64,000 nt of DNA, from the NCBI RefSeq assembly GCF_009914755.1, contig NC_060939.1, one strand, 5' to 3'. Below, in pieces: positions 14,478 to 29,676 of the stretch (position 1 is its first letter; every line of letters starts with the position of its first letter). This stretch comes from the human T2T-CHM13v2.0 reference genome, Homo sapiens. The translations under genes and the position numbers were made by a program. Under the pieces are notes generated by a model that was not told the DNA's origin, did no database searches, and saw only the letters and a program-made list of their open reading frames with translations.

Positions 14478-14704
14478 AAGAAAACCTCTGCTTCACAGAG
14501 CCTTACTTGAATATAAACCAAAACTATTACACAATGGGTAATTTCTGCAAAAATGGCCTTTTTCTGAACCCTAAAGGAAGTACATTATATGCACACTATT
14601 CTGCCCTTGCTTTTTGTACGTAGTATAATCTGAAGGTTACTTAAAATCTGTGCCAGAAATTTTTTAAAAAATTTATTTTAAAGTTTATTTAGCCAGTTTG
14701 TTAG

Positions 14705-15029
<325 letters not shown>

Positions 15030-15811
15030 ACTTCGCGTTATTTTTATCTTAATGCCCTAGTGAATAACTATGGAAATATGTTGTTTTGTATTTGTTGATG
15101 TGAATCTTGAAGTGAGATTCCCAAAAGTGAAGTAGCTGGGTAAAGAGGTAAATGCATGTGCAATTTTGTAGAATATTGCCAAATTCCCTCCTGTTTAATG
15201 CATGATTCTCCTTAGCCTTGCCAGCAGAGAGTGGGTTCTTAAGTTTTAGATTTGTGCCAACCTGGTGGGTGATGAATGGGTCTCTCAGCATAGTTTTAAC
15301 ATGCCTTTCTTTTTACTATGAGTACAAGTAAATTACCATAAGTATTTTTGTGTGATTACATGTTTTGTGTCTGTTTCTGTGCTTTGCGCACAGATTGTGT
15401 TATTAATTTTTTGGTCTTAATACCAAAAGTTTAAGAGTTCTTTATACTTTAAGAAAAATAATCCTTTTGTCTATGGTATGAATTGTAAATATTTTCTCTA
15501 ATCTTATTTGTCTTTTGACTTTGCTTATGTTTCTTTTTTTGCAACATTTTAAAATATAGTGAAATTACCAATCTTTGAGTTATATTTAAAAGGCTTTTCC
15601 GTTCCCAAATTACTGAGACACGCATCCGTATTTTCTTCTAGTACTAGAATGATTTCATTCTGCACTTGTATTTCTAATCCATTTGGATGTTATGTTGGTG
15701 CACTATGTTCAATAGAGATGCACAGGTTTTGTTTTCCACAGGGCTATCCATTTTTTTCCAACACCCTTTATTAACTATTTATTCTTCTCTGTGATTTGAG
15801 ATGATTTGAGA

Positions 15812-16407
15812 TGCCGAAAGGCGATCCTCACTTTCTGGTATTCACAAATTCATATATCCCTCCCTGGAGTGTGGACAGGACTTTGCTTCTAAGCAATAGA
15901 ACACGGCAAGAGTGATAGGATGTCATTCATGTGATTGCATTACATGACATTATATGGCAGCGGTGGTGGGGTGCCATTCTCGTGCTTCTGTTACATTGTA
16001 CGAGTCCATATGGCTGGCAGTATCTCATGCTCTAATCAGTCTCTCCATTGCTGGCTTTGAAGAAACAAGCTGCCATGTTTGAGAGGCCCACATGAGAAGG
16101 AACTGCAGGTGGTATCCGAGAGCTGAGGGCAGCCTTCAGGTAGGAACTGAAACCTGCAGTCCTGCAGACCCAAGGAAATGAATTTGGTCAACAACCTGAA
16201 GGAGCCAGGAGTTAGTTGGTTTTTCCCCAGTTAACTCCCTGAGAAGGCCACGGCCCGGATGACACATGGCTTCTATCCTACTGAGACGAGGCAGAGAGCC
16301 CAGCTAAATCATGCCTTAGGCTTCTGAACCACAGGGCTGCAGGTTTGAGTGTTGTTTTAATCTGCTAAGTTTGTCACAATTTGTTATACAGAATAGATAA
16401 ATAATAC
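15812..16407 (+). mobile_element. MLT1E/F-type solo LTR
   Basis: 'gagtgtggacaggact...ctggctttgaagaaacaagctgccatg...gctaagtttg...atagataaataataca'. Confidence 0.8.
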
Positions 16408-17485
16408 ACATATTTAGTCAGCCCCAAATTCCAAATGTGCTATGGATTATTTCTGGACTTTATTTCTACTGGCCTGTGTGTCTTTTAATGCATTATTAAT
16501 ATGATTTAATTATAGCACTTTATAATATGTCTTAATATCTGGTAGAACTAACCTTATTCATCATTATTCCTTTTCACAGTTGTCCTTGCTATTCTTGATT
16601 GCTTAATTTTCTACATAAAAGTTAAAATCAATTAGTCTGGGCCAGAGGAAAAAATGTTATTTTTATTGGAATCACATTAAAGTTTTATATTAACTTAAGG
16701 GAGAGTTGACAAGCGTATGCTCCTGAATCATTTGCTCCAGAATATATGACGTCTTGCCATGTGTTCCACTTTGTGTTTCAGGATTGCATAGGGATTCTGC
16801 CCAATTTTGGATGACCTATTAAGCTTTTTTAAAAAAGTAGGGCTAAGTGTCAAATTGTTTCTAATACCATTTTACTATCTATAGAAGTATCTGAATATGA
16901 TCTATTACCATGGTAAAATACTAAGCATTTTTTAAAATTGTGACTGAGTAGCAAATATTTTAGAATAACATTTTAATATCTATGGCAGTATCTGATTATG
17001 AGTTCTATTCTTAGATCTATTAATATGGTGAAATGCATTAATACATTTTCTCATATTGAACCATCCTAAAATTCTGGAATTCTATATATTTCTAGAATTC
17101 CTTCTTCATAATGCATACTTTTAAAAATGTGCTGTGGGATTTTTCTTGTTAATATTTTATATAAAATGTTTACATTTGCATTATAAGTGAGATTAGACTG
17201 TATTTTTCTTGTGGTTCAATATTTGACAGGATTGGAATTCATGTTATAGATCAATGTAGTTTTCCTTTTCTGTGATCACAAATAATTAAAACACCTTAAG
17301 ATCTTATTGTTAAAGATTCGATAGAATTCCTTTGATTCATCATCCTGACTTGGAACCTTTCTTTTCTTTTCTTTTCCTTTTGTTTTCCTTTTCCTTTTCC
17401 TTTTCTTTCCCAGTGCAGGGGAGCATGCAGCTTTTTGGATGCTTACTCTGTTTCCTCAATGAAAATTAGCCTATTAAACTTCCTA

Positions 17486-17821
<336 letters not shown>

Positions 17822-18821
17822 TTAGTTTTGATAAATTATAATTTATGTTGGGACATTTATAACTTTCCAGGCACCGCCTTTTGACTCAGCAGGACTTTAA
17901 AAAAATAGCAAAATCTCTATCTTGGTAAATTCAGTCCATCAAAATTGTGTTGTCAATTTATTGAAATTTCAATTATTGTCAAAGTTCAATTATTGAAATT
18001 ATTCAAAATTGAACTTTGATAATTCTAATATTTCTACAAAAATGAGAGGAAAATGTAAAGTAGCAAATTAAAATCATTATGTAAAAAAATTCAATTTTGA
18101 TAATTTATTTTTAGGAAAGTATTGCTTTAGAAAACAATAGTTTTAGGAAAGTATTCCTTTAGAAAAGAAAGCTATAAAATTCCTTTTCATATTGACTAGT
18201 ACTGAGCAAAAATAGTCTCATAATTTTTTAAATTTCTTATGTTTTAATGTGTATTTCCTTGTAGTTATATCTCAGTTTTGGTATTTTGCTTTTCTCTTTC
18301 TGTCTACTGTGGGATATATAGAAATGAGTATTTTGTTGATCTTTAAAAGTCTCTTTTAAAAATGGATTTCACAATTCTCTTTTTCTGTTATGTAATTCAT
18401 TATTTTCTGTTCCTTCTTTCTTCTAGTTTACTTTTTTTCCCATTTTTTAGTTAGAAGTTCAATGCACCAATTTTTTTTCTAGTTAGTATTTGAGGCTACA
18501 TTTTTTTTACTTATCACTATATTAAAGGTATCCCATAGATTCCTGTGTTTATATTTTATAACCAATTCTTTGACATAAGATTTTAAACTATCAAGACAGA
18601 ATTTTTAATATTCATTTTTACTTGTCATTGCAGTGTGATAAGAATTTTTTTCATTATTTCTACTTTAAGAGATTTTCTTCATATCCTTGGTTAGTTTTTA
18701 TGAATACTCCATGTTTATTTGAAAGGAATGTTTGTATTTGCTATTTTTTCAGTGAAAGTTTATATTCATAATATTTACAACATTAATCATGTAGTTTGGT
18801 GTCCTATTTAAACATATTTAG

Positions 18822-19177
<356 letters not shown>

Positions 19178-19633
19178 TGGTTTATATTTTTTAATTCATT
19201 TGGTTAGTCTTAGAGTAACAACAGTGTGAAAAAATATCTAATTATTTGACTTCTATATTTTTCTCTTCAAATTTTTGATAGCTTTTATTATTATATAATA
19301 TGATAAAATACGAATTTTGTATTGTTTTATATATCTGTGTTATAGCCTCTGCCTTCTGCCTGCTATACCTTTAGGCCTATCCTTTTATTTTTATAACTTA
19401 TAATTCCTTTCTTCTAAGCACATCTTTTATATACAACATGGAAGTTTGCTTTGCTTTGTGAAATAATATGAAAAAGTTTTTTGTTGTTTACTGAATTATG
19501 TGAGATAGATCCATTTACATGTATTAATCAAATGATATATTAATATGGACATATTATTTTTATCTTTTATTATGTATTATGCTATATTTACTGTGTGTTT
19601 TATTATGTTGTCTTTTCGCTTTCCTTTTTCCAT

Positions 19634-19888
<255 letters not shown>

Positions 19889-21139
19889 TAATATTTATTT
19901 CTGTGTATAAAATGATTTATATTTTTGTTTCAGATGTTATATTTACATTAGTTTTCTATTTATGTCTCATCACCTATTTTATTACTCAGGCTTTTGCCAC
20001 TGTCATCTCTAAATTATGCCCTCTGTCTCCTGCTTAACATTTATGTGCAATCAATGTTTTTATCATACTATCTCTTTCTCCTTCCCCCTTTTTTTCTATT
20101 TTTTATTGGTATGATTTTTACTTTGACAGAATTCTGAATTTGCTTTTCTTGGACAAATTTCACAAGTACAATGACGCTTTTTGATGTCATGTTTTGCTTT
20201 TTCTCCTATTAAAAAACTTTGTTGAGTTATAATTTTAAGGATTAGTGCTATTTTATTGTTTCGTTTTTACTGTAGGGCTTCCAATTAGCAATATGGTGGA
20301 TCATAGTTGCCAGTCTTCCATAGCTTCCCCTTCCTCCTGTTATCATTTGACCCCCTTCTTCAGTTTCATTTTCATTTCCATCCTCTGTACCCAGTCTCTT
20401 GATTCTTACCTGTACTCCTTTGCCCACTTCCTATTTATTCACTTCCACAACCATTTTGCCTTTTCTTCACTTGTGTTTCCCTCAGTTGGGTCAGTTCCTA
20501 CTTAAGTGTTTCTATTATTTGTCCATTTCTATGTTAAATTTTTTGAATTTTGATTTGAGATGCTTTTTTATAGCTCTAATTAATTTTTAAATGATATTTA
20601 ACTCATTTTGAAGTGTGTCATTATCAATTTCTTTTGTCTCATGGCTTGTTTTTGCTGTTGCGTTTACATTTGTTTGTCTCATCTCCAGAGAAGTTTTTGA
20701 TTTTCATTTTCTCCATACCTTACTCTAGAAACTTGGTATGGGTTCTGTCTGATGATGTATGTTGGTGTTTCCTAGACCTGCAGTAGAAAGTAGTCACTGA
20801 GCAAATGAGAGGCTGACACGGCTTCTCAGTCTCTTACACCATCATCTTTTGCTACTCTAGTGAATAAAGTTTCTTTAACAAATGCTCCCTTCCTTCATTT
20901 GTGTTCTTTCACTTCTGTGAGACTTTTTCGTTCTGTAAGTCGCCTATCTTCAGTAACTGAGACAACCTCCTCCATTTCTACAGTGTCTTCGGGTTCCCCA
21001 GCATCAGTCCCCACCATGCCAGCCTCCTCCAGAGCCTCACACTCCCAGATCCCTTCATTCACTGAATCAAAGACTGATGGTAGGAATCTTTGCTTTGCAA
21101 AGACTGCTGTTAGAAATCTGGGCTTCAAGAACTCTGCTG

Positions 21140-21320
21140 GGAGGGCTCTGAAGGCAGTGAAGAGGGCATTATTGGAAACTGAAGGAAAGGGAACCCATGT
21201 TATGCCTCATGACAGAAAGATTGGTGAAATTTCCACTATGTAGGAAACAGAACTTGTAAGTGGTGAACTTGGTTAAATCGCTAAAGATAGGTCCAGGGAA
21301 AGTGTTGGCTATGCTGTCCA
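21140..21320 (+). mobile_element. MLT1-internal (MaLR) fragment
   Basis: 'ttattggaaactgaaggaaagggaacccatgttatg...gaacttgg...gctaaagat' resembles MLT1-int. Confidence 0.55.
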
Positions 21321-21473
21321 GAGTGAATGACAGCTATCCTCACAAGCATTCATTTGTACTGTACTGTAGGAAAGTGTAGACTGTGGAGCACACCTAAAAA
21401 AACTGCTTTAAAATAATAAGTTTTGCATGTTTGCTTATTTCTCTTCTCTTTTCTTTATTTAAAATCATTTCTC

Positions 21474-21770
21474 AGCCAGGTGTGGTGGCTCACGCCTGTA
21501 ATCCCAGCACTTTGGGAGGCTGAGGCGGGGGGATCATGAGGTCAAGAGATCGAGTCCATCCTGGCCAACATGGTGAAACCCCGTCTCTACTAAAAATACA
21601 AAAATTAGCCGGGCATAGTGGCAGGCGCCTGTAGTCCTAGCTGCTTCAGAGGTTGAGGCAGGAGAATCGCTTGAACCCGGGAGGCAGAGGTTTCAGTGAG
21701 CCGAAATAGCATCACTGCACTTCAGCCTGGCGGCAAAGCGAGACTGTATAAAATAAATAAATAAATAAAT
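21474..21770 (+). mobile_element. AluSc
   Basis: 'gtcaagagatcgag...cagcctggcg' with a (TAAA)n tail. Confidence 0.94.
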
Positions 21771-22404
21771 CTTTTCTGTAGAATCGCTTGCCCTTGCTGT
21801 GTTGAGTTTGGAAAGCGCAACCCAAATCATCCCATTTTGTCAGGACTGCAGCTTGGTCAGGGGAAGCGCTGGTCAGCAGTGATGCACTGGGACACCCACC
21901 AGAGCTACTGGCTGGCAGCTCGGCTAATGCGGATCTTTTTCCATTAACTGCAGTTTCTTGCTTATGTCCACATGGTGAAGCCTCACTTCAGAAAATACAG
22001 GTATATTTTCCACTTGCATTTCCTAACAGGTATTTGATGTTCCTGTGCAAATTGTATCAAAGATTGGGACTATGGATCAGCATTACTGAGACCCATTCCT
22101 GAAACTCCTAAAAATATTAGGCCAACAGCTTTGGACTATGAAGCCAATAACATTTATTCCACCACAAGATTTTTTTTAAAGATCAATATTTATTTAAAAA
22201 ATATTTATTTAGAAAAGATCAATATTTATTTACTAAAAGGAAAGAGGGAAGGAAGGGAGGAAGAAAGAAAGAGAGAGCGTAAAGAAAGAGTAACTTTTTC
22301 CAGTCCTTATGTTCTCATGAGAATAATTCCCAGCAGTAAAATTTGTGCCAGAAGTTTTCATGTTTACCTGAGAGCTGGTGGGAGGCAACAAGAAATGTAC
22401 TTGA

Positions 22405-22560
22405 AGCTGGGAAATCAGTCTTGACGGATTCAAATTTCACTTCTGGCCCTTTCTAGCTGAAACAATTTCCTACGCTTTCTAAATGTTAAGTTTCTCATCG
22501 GTAAAACTGAGAAATTATCTACTTTAGAAATATTAATATTAACTGGGTCCTCACAGAAGC
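22405..22560 (+). mobile_element. MIR
   Basis: 'ggattcaaatttcacttctgg...agtttctcatcggtaaaactgagaaa'. Confidence 0.6.
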
Positions 22561-23022
22561 TACACTCCGCTCTGGACATTTTATATGCATTTCAAATTTC
22601 CCCTGAGAACTAGGGTTAACGTCACCATCTTCATTCACACCACGCTGCTCTGGCCCAGGGGCTTCCGAGCTGCCTGTATCAATGCACTGGTTCTTCCTGT
22701 TTACAGTACCAGCATATGTCTCCACTCCAGACTTCAGACTACCTCTCTTTGTTTTGGATCTTGTAAACAGACAAAGATAGAGTCCATGCTTTCAGGAAAT
22801 TATGAAGTGTATGATGAGAGAAGCCATTGATTTTGGTGCTAAGAACATTGTTCTAGTAGCCCAGAAATAATAGATGATTCTAGCTTAGAATATGGTTCTA
22901 TGTTGAACAATATTTATATAATCATAATATGGAAACTCTGTTTCCCATTTTTGCCATCAATTTAAGATCAAAGCAGAAATTTTTGGTTGCGTTTACACAA
23001 CGACTATGTAAAGACACTTGTT

Positions 23023-23190
23023 GCCAGGTGTGGTGGTTCACACCTGTAATCCCAGCACTTTAGGAGGTGGAGTTGGGAGGATCCTTTGAGCCCAAGAGCT
23101 CAAGGCTGCAGTGAGCCATGATCACGCCTTTGCACTCCAGCCTGGGCCACAGAGTGAGACCCTGTCTTAAAAAAAAAAAAAAAAAAAAAA
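23023..23190 (+). mobile_element. Alu monomer (FRAM/FAM-like or collapsed AluJ)
   Basis: Single ~145-bp monomer plus poly-A. Confidence 0.85.
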
Positions 23191-23319
23191 GAATAAGCTT
23201 GCCAATGTAAAGGAAAGTGCATGTCCTGGAAGGTGTGAGTAGACGCAGGAAGGAGAGGTAGAGGAGGGAGGGCTCATGCTGTCATCTGAAAGAGAGAGGA
23301 GTCCTCAGGATTTCTAAAA

Positions 23320-23495
23320 TTATATATATATAATATAATTATATAATATATATGTCTATATATAGGCCTATATAGGCCATATATATATGCCTATATATAT
23401 AAAATAGGCATATGGCCTATATAGGCCTATTATATATATAGGCATATATATATATATATAGATATATATATATATATATATAGATATATATATAT
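23320..23495. repeat. (TA)n-rich palindromic microsatellite
   Basis: TA runs with embedded GGCC/GGCA in inverted arrangement. Confidence 0.9.
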
Positions 23496-24274
23496 GGAAT
23501 ATATGATTGTCATAGAGTGCCCACCCAGGGTTGGACATTTATTTGACAGAGAAATCATCTTGTATTTGTTTAAATACTTTGTTTAATACTTTGTTTTCTC
23601 TATCACTTATATACTCTGCAGTTCTCTTGGCTCATCTCATGGGATGTGAACATCATAGAACATCATGCTGGCAACAGTTTTAACGTTTATAGATATGCAA
23701 TTTCGGTTGCATCTATATATAAGCCAACAGCTTTAACTGGGTCTCAATCCATTTACCAATGCTAGAAGAAATCTTGTTTTTGCATTCATTGAAGAACCGA
23801 TGTCATTCTCCAGTATGACAACTGAGTATTTCAAGTCCCGCTTCTTGAGCTTCTTGGACTCCTTCACCCCTGCGTAAGATGGGATTTGAGATGGAAGACT
23901 GGCATATGCCATGTCTTCCTTCTCTCTGCGTGATACTGATTTGTAAATTCACCTGCTTTTAATCAGTCTGTAATCTTGGGTGTCAGTGCCTCAGAGCTGC
24001 TCCTCCTGCATGTATAGACTGCAAAACAGTGGTAGGGAAGGAGCATTGCCAGGCAAAAGCCTCAGAAAAAAGAAAATAAAAACTCCACGACAAGCACCTT
24101 GTTTCTTCCAGATAGTGATATGAATTATAATAATGCCCTGGTAGTTAAAGCTACCATTTTAAGAAATTGCCAGTTCTTGGTCATCTAAGCACTTTGTTAA
24201 CTCAGTTTTAAATAGGTTTATTGAGATATAATTTTCATACACAAAAGTTCATTCATTTAGAGTATACTATTCAA

Positions 24275-24602
<328 letters not shown>

Positions 24603-25253
24603 TAGCATATTTACAAAAATTGTGCAACCATTACTATAAACTACTTTTAGAACATTTGATCATTCCAAAAAGAAACCCTGTATCCATTAGTAGTCATTCC
24701 CCCTTCTCCCCTTCCTCCAGCCCTGGAAACCACTAGTTACTTTTTCTCTATATAGATTTTAAATTCTGGACATTTTATGTAACTGGGATCACACTATATG
24801 TGAACTTTTGTGCACGGCTTCTGACCCCTAGAATAATGTTTTGAAGTTCAACCATATTGTAGCATTTATCAGTACTTCATTCTTTTCAATGGCTAAAAAA
24901 TATTCCATGATAAGGACATACCACATTTTGTTTTTCCATTCCTCAGTTGATGGACATTTGGGTTGTTTCTACTTTTTGGCTATTATTAATAATACTGCTA
25001 TGAAAATTGAGGTACCAGTTTTAATGTGTACATATGTTTTTAATTCTCTTGACTATATTGCTAGGCCAAATAATGAGTCTATGTTTAGCTTTGGAGGAGC
25101 TGTCAAACTATTTCCACAGTCACCACAAAGGTTAATGTCCCACCAACAATGTGTGAGGTTTCCATTTTCTCCACATCCTTGTCAACAATCGCTATTGCCT
25201 GTCTTTTTAATTTATCTTAGTAAGTGTGAAGTGGCATCTCACTGTGATTTTGA

Positions 25254-25684
25254 TTTTTTTTATGTCAATAGTTTTTGAGGAACAGGTGTTGTTTGGTTAC
25301 ATGGATAAGTTTTTTATGGTGATTTCTGGGATTTTGGTGCATCTGTCACCCGAGAAGTGTACACTGGACCCAATGTGTAGTCTTTTAACCCTCCTCCACT
25401 TCCCACCCCTCCCCACGAATCCCCAGAATCCATTATATAATTGTTATGCCTTTGCGTTCTCATAGCTTAGCTCCCACTTATAAGTGAGAACATATAATGT
25501 TTGGTTTTCCATTCCTGAGTTACTTCACTTAGAATAATGGTATCCAACTCCATCCAGGTTGCTGTGAATGCCATTATTTCCTTCCTTATTATAGCTGAGT
25601 AATGAAGCTTTTTAGTTTCGTTAAGTTCCATCTATTTATCTTTGTTTTTGTTGCATCTATCTATCTGTCTATCTGTCTGCCTGC

Positions 25685-25729
<45 letters not shown>

Positions 25730-26570
25730 ACATTTTCTTTATCCACTCATTGGTTGATGGGCATTTACGCTGGTTCCATATTTTTGCAGTTGCAAATTGT
25801 GCTACTATAAACATGCATGTGCAAGTGTCTTTTTCATAGAATGACTTCTTTCCTCTGGGTAGATACCCAGTCATGGGATTGCTGGATCAAATTGTAGTTC
25901 TACTTTTAGTTCCTTAAAGAGTCTCCATACTGTTTTCCATAGTGATTTTACTAGTTTACATTCCCACCAGCAGTGTAAAAGTGTTCCATTTTGACCACAT
26001 TCATGCCAGCATCTATTATTTTTTTATTTCTTAATTATGGCCATTCTTGGAGGAGTAAAGTGGTTTTGATTTGCATTTCCCTGATAATTAGTGATGTTTA
26101 GCATTTTTTTCGTATGTTCGTTGGCCATCTGTTTATCTTCTTTTGAGAATTGTCTATTCATGGCCTTAGCCCACTTTTGGATGGGATCATTTGATTTTTT
26201 CTTGCTGATTTGTTCGAGTTCCTTGTAGATTCTAGGTATTAGTCCTTTGTCAGATGCATAGATTGCGAATATTTTCTCCTATTCTGTGGGTTGTCTGTTT
26301 ACTCTGCTGGTTATTTCTTTTGCTGTGCAGAAGTTTTTTAGTTTCATTTAGTCCCTTCTATTTGTCTTTGTTTTTGTTTCACTTGCTTCTGGGTTCTTGG
26401 TCACGAACTCTTTGCCTAAGCCAATGTCTACAAGAGTTTTTCTGATGTTGTCTTGTAGAATTTTTATGGTTTCTAGTTTTAGATTTAAGTCTTTAATTTA
26501 TCTTGGGTTGATTTTTGTATAAGATGAGAGATGAGGATCCAATTTTATTCTTCTACATATGGCTTGCAAT
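25254..26570 (-). mobile_element. L1PB 3' portion
   Basis: 'tttggttacatggataag...cccacttataagtgagaacata...gggtagatacccag' are L1PB motifs. Confidence 0.85.
25655..25728. repeat. (TCTA)n/(TCTG)n compound STR
   Basis: Direct inspection. Confidence 0.95.
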
Positions 26571-27567
26571 TAAGTCATCTGATTTGCTTTTCCCTAATTA
26601 CTAATGATGTTGAGCATCTATTCACATGCTTATTAGTTATTCATACATCTTCTTTGGAGAAATGTGTATTCATATTATTTTCTCATTTTTAAATTGAGCT
26701 ACTCTTTTTGTTATTGAGTTGTCAGAGTTTGTATATATTCTGAATATGTCACTCATCAAATGTATGTATCACTTGCAAATACTTTCTCCTCTTCTATTGG
26801 CTTTTTTCACCTCATGATGGTTTCCTTTAAAGCACAAAGTGTTTAATTTTTATGAAGTCCAACTTATTAAACTTCTCTTTATTGCTTGTGCTTCTGACGT
26901 CATATCTAAGAAATCATGGCCTACCCCAAGATCATGAAGACATGCTTTTGAGTTTTCTTCTAAGAGTTTTATGGTTTCAGATAATGTTTTAAGAATATAC
27001 ACCACTTTGTTAACTTTTGTGTATGATGATAATTAGGGTCATATCTTCTATCTTTTGCATGTGGACATCCAGTTTTCCCAAAGCTGTTTGTTGAACAGAT
27101 TGTTCTTTTCCTATTGAATCGTCTTGGACCCTTGATCAATAATCAACTGACCATAAGTTTTGGGGTTTATTTTGGAGCACTCAATTCTATTCCATTTATC
27201 TATGTGTCTGTTTTTCTGCCAGTACCACATTGTCTTAATGACTATAGCTTTATAGTAATTCTTAAAATAATAAATTATAAATCCACCAACTTTGCACTTT
27301 TTTAAAAAGATTGTTTAGTTATTCTGGGTCTCTTGCATTTTCATATAAATTTTAGAGTCAGCTTATCAATTTCTGCAAAAAAACACATGGAAGAATTTTG
27401 ATATAGATCCTGATAAATCTGAATCAATTTGGAGAGTACTGCATCTTCATTATATTGTGTTATGATCCGTAAACATAGGCTACTTTCTATTTATTTAGAT
27501 TTTCTTTAATTTCTTTCAACAACATCTCATAATTTTCTGAGTGCAAGTCTTAGACTTCTTTTGATAA

Positions 27568-27868
27568 TTTTATTTTCTTTTTTGTGACAGGGTCTCACTC
27601 TGTTGCTCAGGCTGGAGTGCAGTGGCATGATCTTAGCTCACTTCATGCAGCTTTGACCTCCTAGGCTCAAGCAATCCTCCCATCTCAGCCTCCCAGGTAG
27701 CTGGGACTGCAGGTGTGAGCCACCATACCCAGCTAATTTTTGTTTTTTTTTGTAGAATGGGGTTTGCCATGTTTTCCAGGCTCGTCTCAAACTCCTGAGC
27801 TCAAGAGATTCTCCTGCCTCAGCCTCCCAAAGTGCTGGAATTATAGGCATGAGCCATTGCTCCTGGCT
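27568..27868 (-). mobile_element. AluJ
   Basis: AluJ diagnostics and TSD-like 'ttgataa'. Confidence 0.9.
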
Positions 27869-28413
27869 TTATTGATAAGTTTACTTTTATGTATTTTACT
27901 GTTTTTGATGCTGTTGTGAATGAAATTGTATTTTTTAAAAATTATATATACTTAAGGAATACAACATGATATTATGGAATGCATATAGACAGTGAAATGG
28001 TTGCTGTAGTGAAGGAAATTAACATATCCATCATCTCACATAGTTACCCTTTTTGTTTTGCAAGAGTAGCTATCATCTTCTCATTTAGCAGAACTCCTTA
28101 ATCCCATACAATTTGTTCACAATAGTCTTTATATTGTACATTCGATCCTTAGACTTGTTCATACTACATTTCTACTATGTATCCTCTGACCTAAATGTCC
28201 TAATTTCCTCTCCTCTCCCCAACTCCCACTCCTGGTATTACTGTTTTACTCTCTATCTCTGAATATTTGACTTATTTTTTGTATTCCACAATATTTGTCT
28301 TACTGTGTCTGCCTTATTTTACTTAGCATAATGTCCTTCAAGTTCATCTGTATGATGGCAAATGGCAGGATCTCCTTTTTTAAGGCTGAATAATATTTCA
28401 TTGTGTATATATC

Positions 28414-28656
28414 TACATGTGGAGCATCCTAAATTCAAAAATCTGAGAATCAAAATAATCCCAAATCCAAAACTTTTTGAGCACTGACACGACACTGAAA
28501 AGAAATGCTAGTTGGAGCATTTCAGATTTTTGGATGTTCAGATTCGGGATGCTCAGCTTTTAACTATAATGCAAATATTCCAAAAATCTGAAAAAGTCCA
28601 AAATCTGAAACACCCCTGGTCTCAAGTATTTTGGATAAGGGATACTCAACCTGTAC
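28414..28656. mobile_element. Tigger4a/MER46-type MITE
   Basis: Terminal inverted repeats 'ta-catgtggagcatcc' and 'ggatactcaacctg-ta'; internal 'aaaatctgaaa' repeats. Confidence 0.85.
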
Positions 28657-28661
28657 CAGTT

Positions 28662-28978
28662 TCTTTTTTCTTTTTTCTTTTTTTTTTTTTTTTTTGAGAC
28701 AGAGTCTCGCTCTGTTGCCGAGGGTGGAGTGCAGTGGCACGATCTAGGCTCACTGCAAGTTCCACCACCTGAGTTCACGCCATTCTTCTGCCTCAACCTC
28801 CCAACTAGCTGGGACTACAGGCACCTGCCATAACACCCAGCTAATTTTTTGTATTTTTTAAATAGAGACGGGGTTTCACCGTGTTAGCCAGGATGGTCTC
28901 GATCTCCTGACCCCGTGATCTGCCCACCTCGGCCTCCCTAAATGCTGGGATTACAGGTGTGAGCCAGCGCGCCAGGCC
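28662..28978 (-). mobile_element. AluY
   Basis: TSD 'aacctgtaccagtttcttt' on both sides. Confidence 0.95.
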
Positions 28979-29200
28979 AACCTGTACCAGTTTCTTTATC
29001 CATTCATCCATCAACAGACACTTAGGTTGTTTCCACATCCTGGCTGTTGTGAATAGTGCTTCGATGAGCATGGGGCTGCAGATACCTTTACGAGGTGATG
29101 ATTTCATTTCCTTTTGGTATATACCCAGAAGAGGGATTGCTGGGCCATATGTTAGTTGTATTTTTAATTTCTTTAAGAACCTCCATACTGTTTTCCATAA

Positions 29201-29578
<378 letters not shown>

Positions 29579-29676
29579 TGTTGCTTTTTTTTGTAACAGC
29601 CATTCTAACAGGTACGAGGTGATAATTCACAGTGATTTTAATTTACATTTGCCTGATGATTAATGATGTCCAGCAC

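Noticed and set aside
20860-21243. Ser/Thr-rich (+) and acidic (-) ORFs that look protein-like
   Set aside because: They have non-ATG starts, no recognised homology, and partly overlap MaLR-int and old L1 relics. tBLASTn would settle it.
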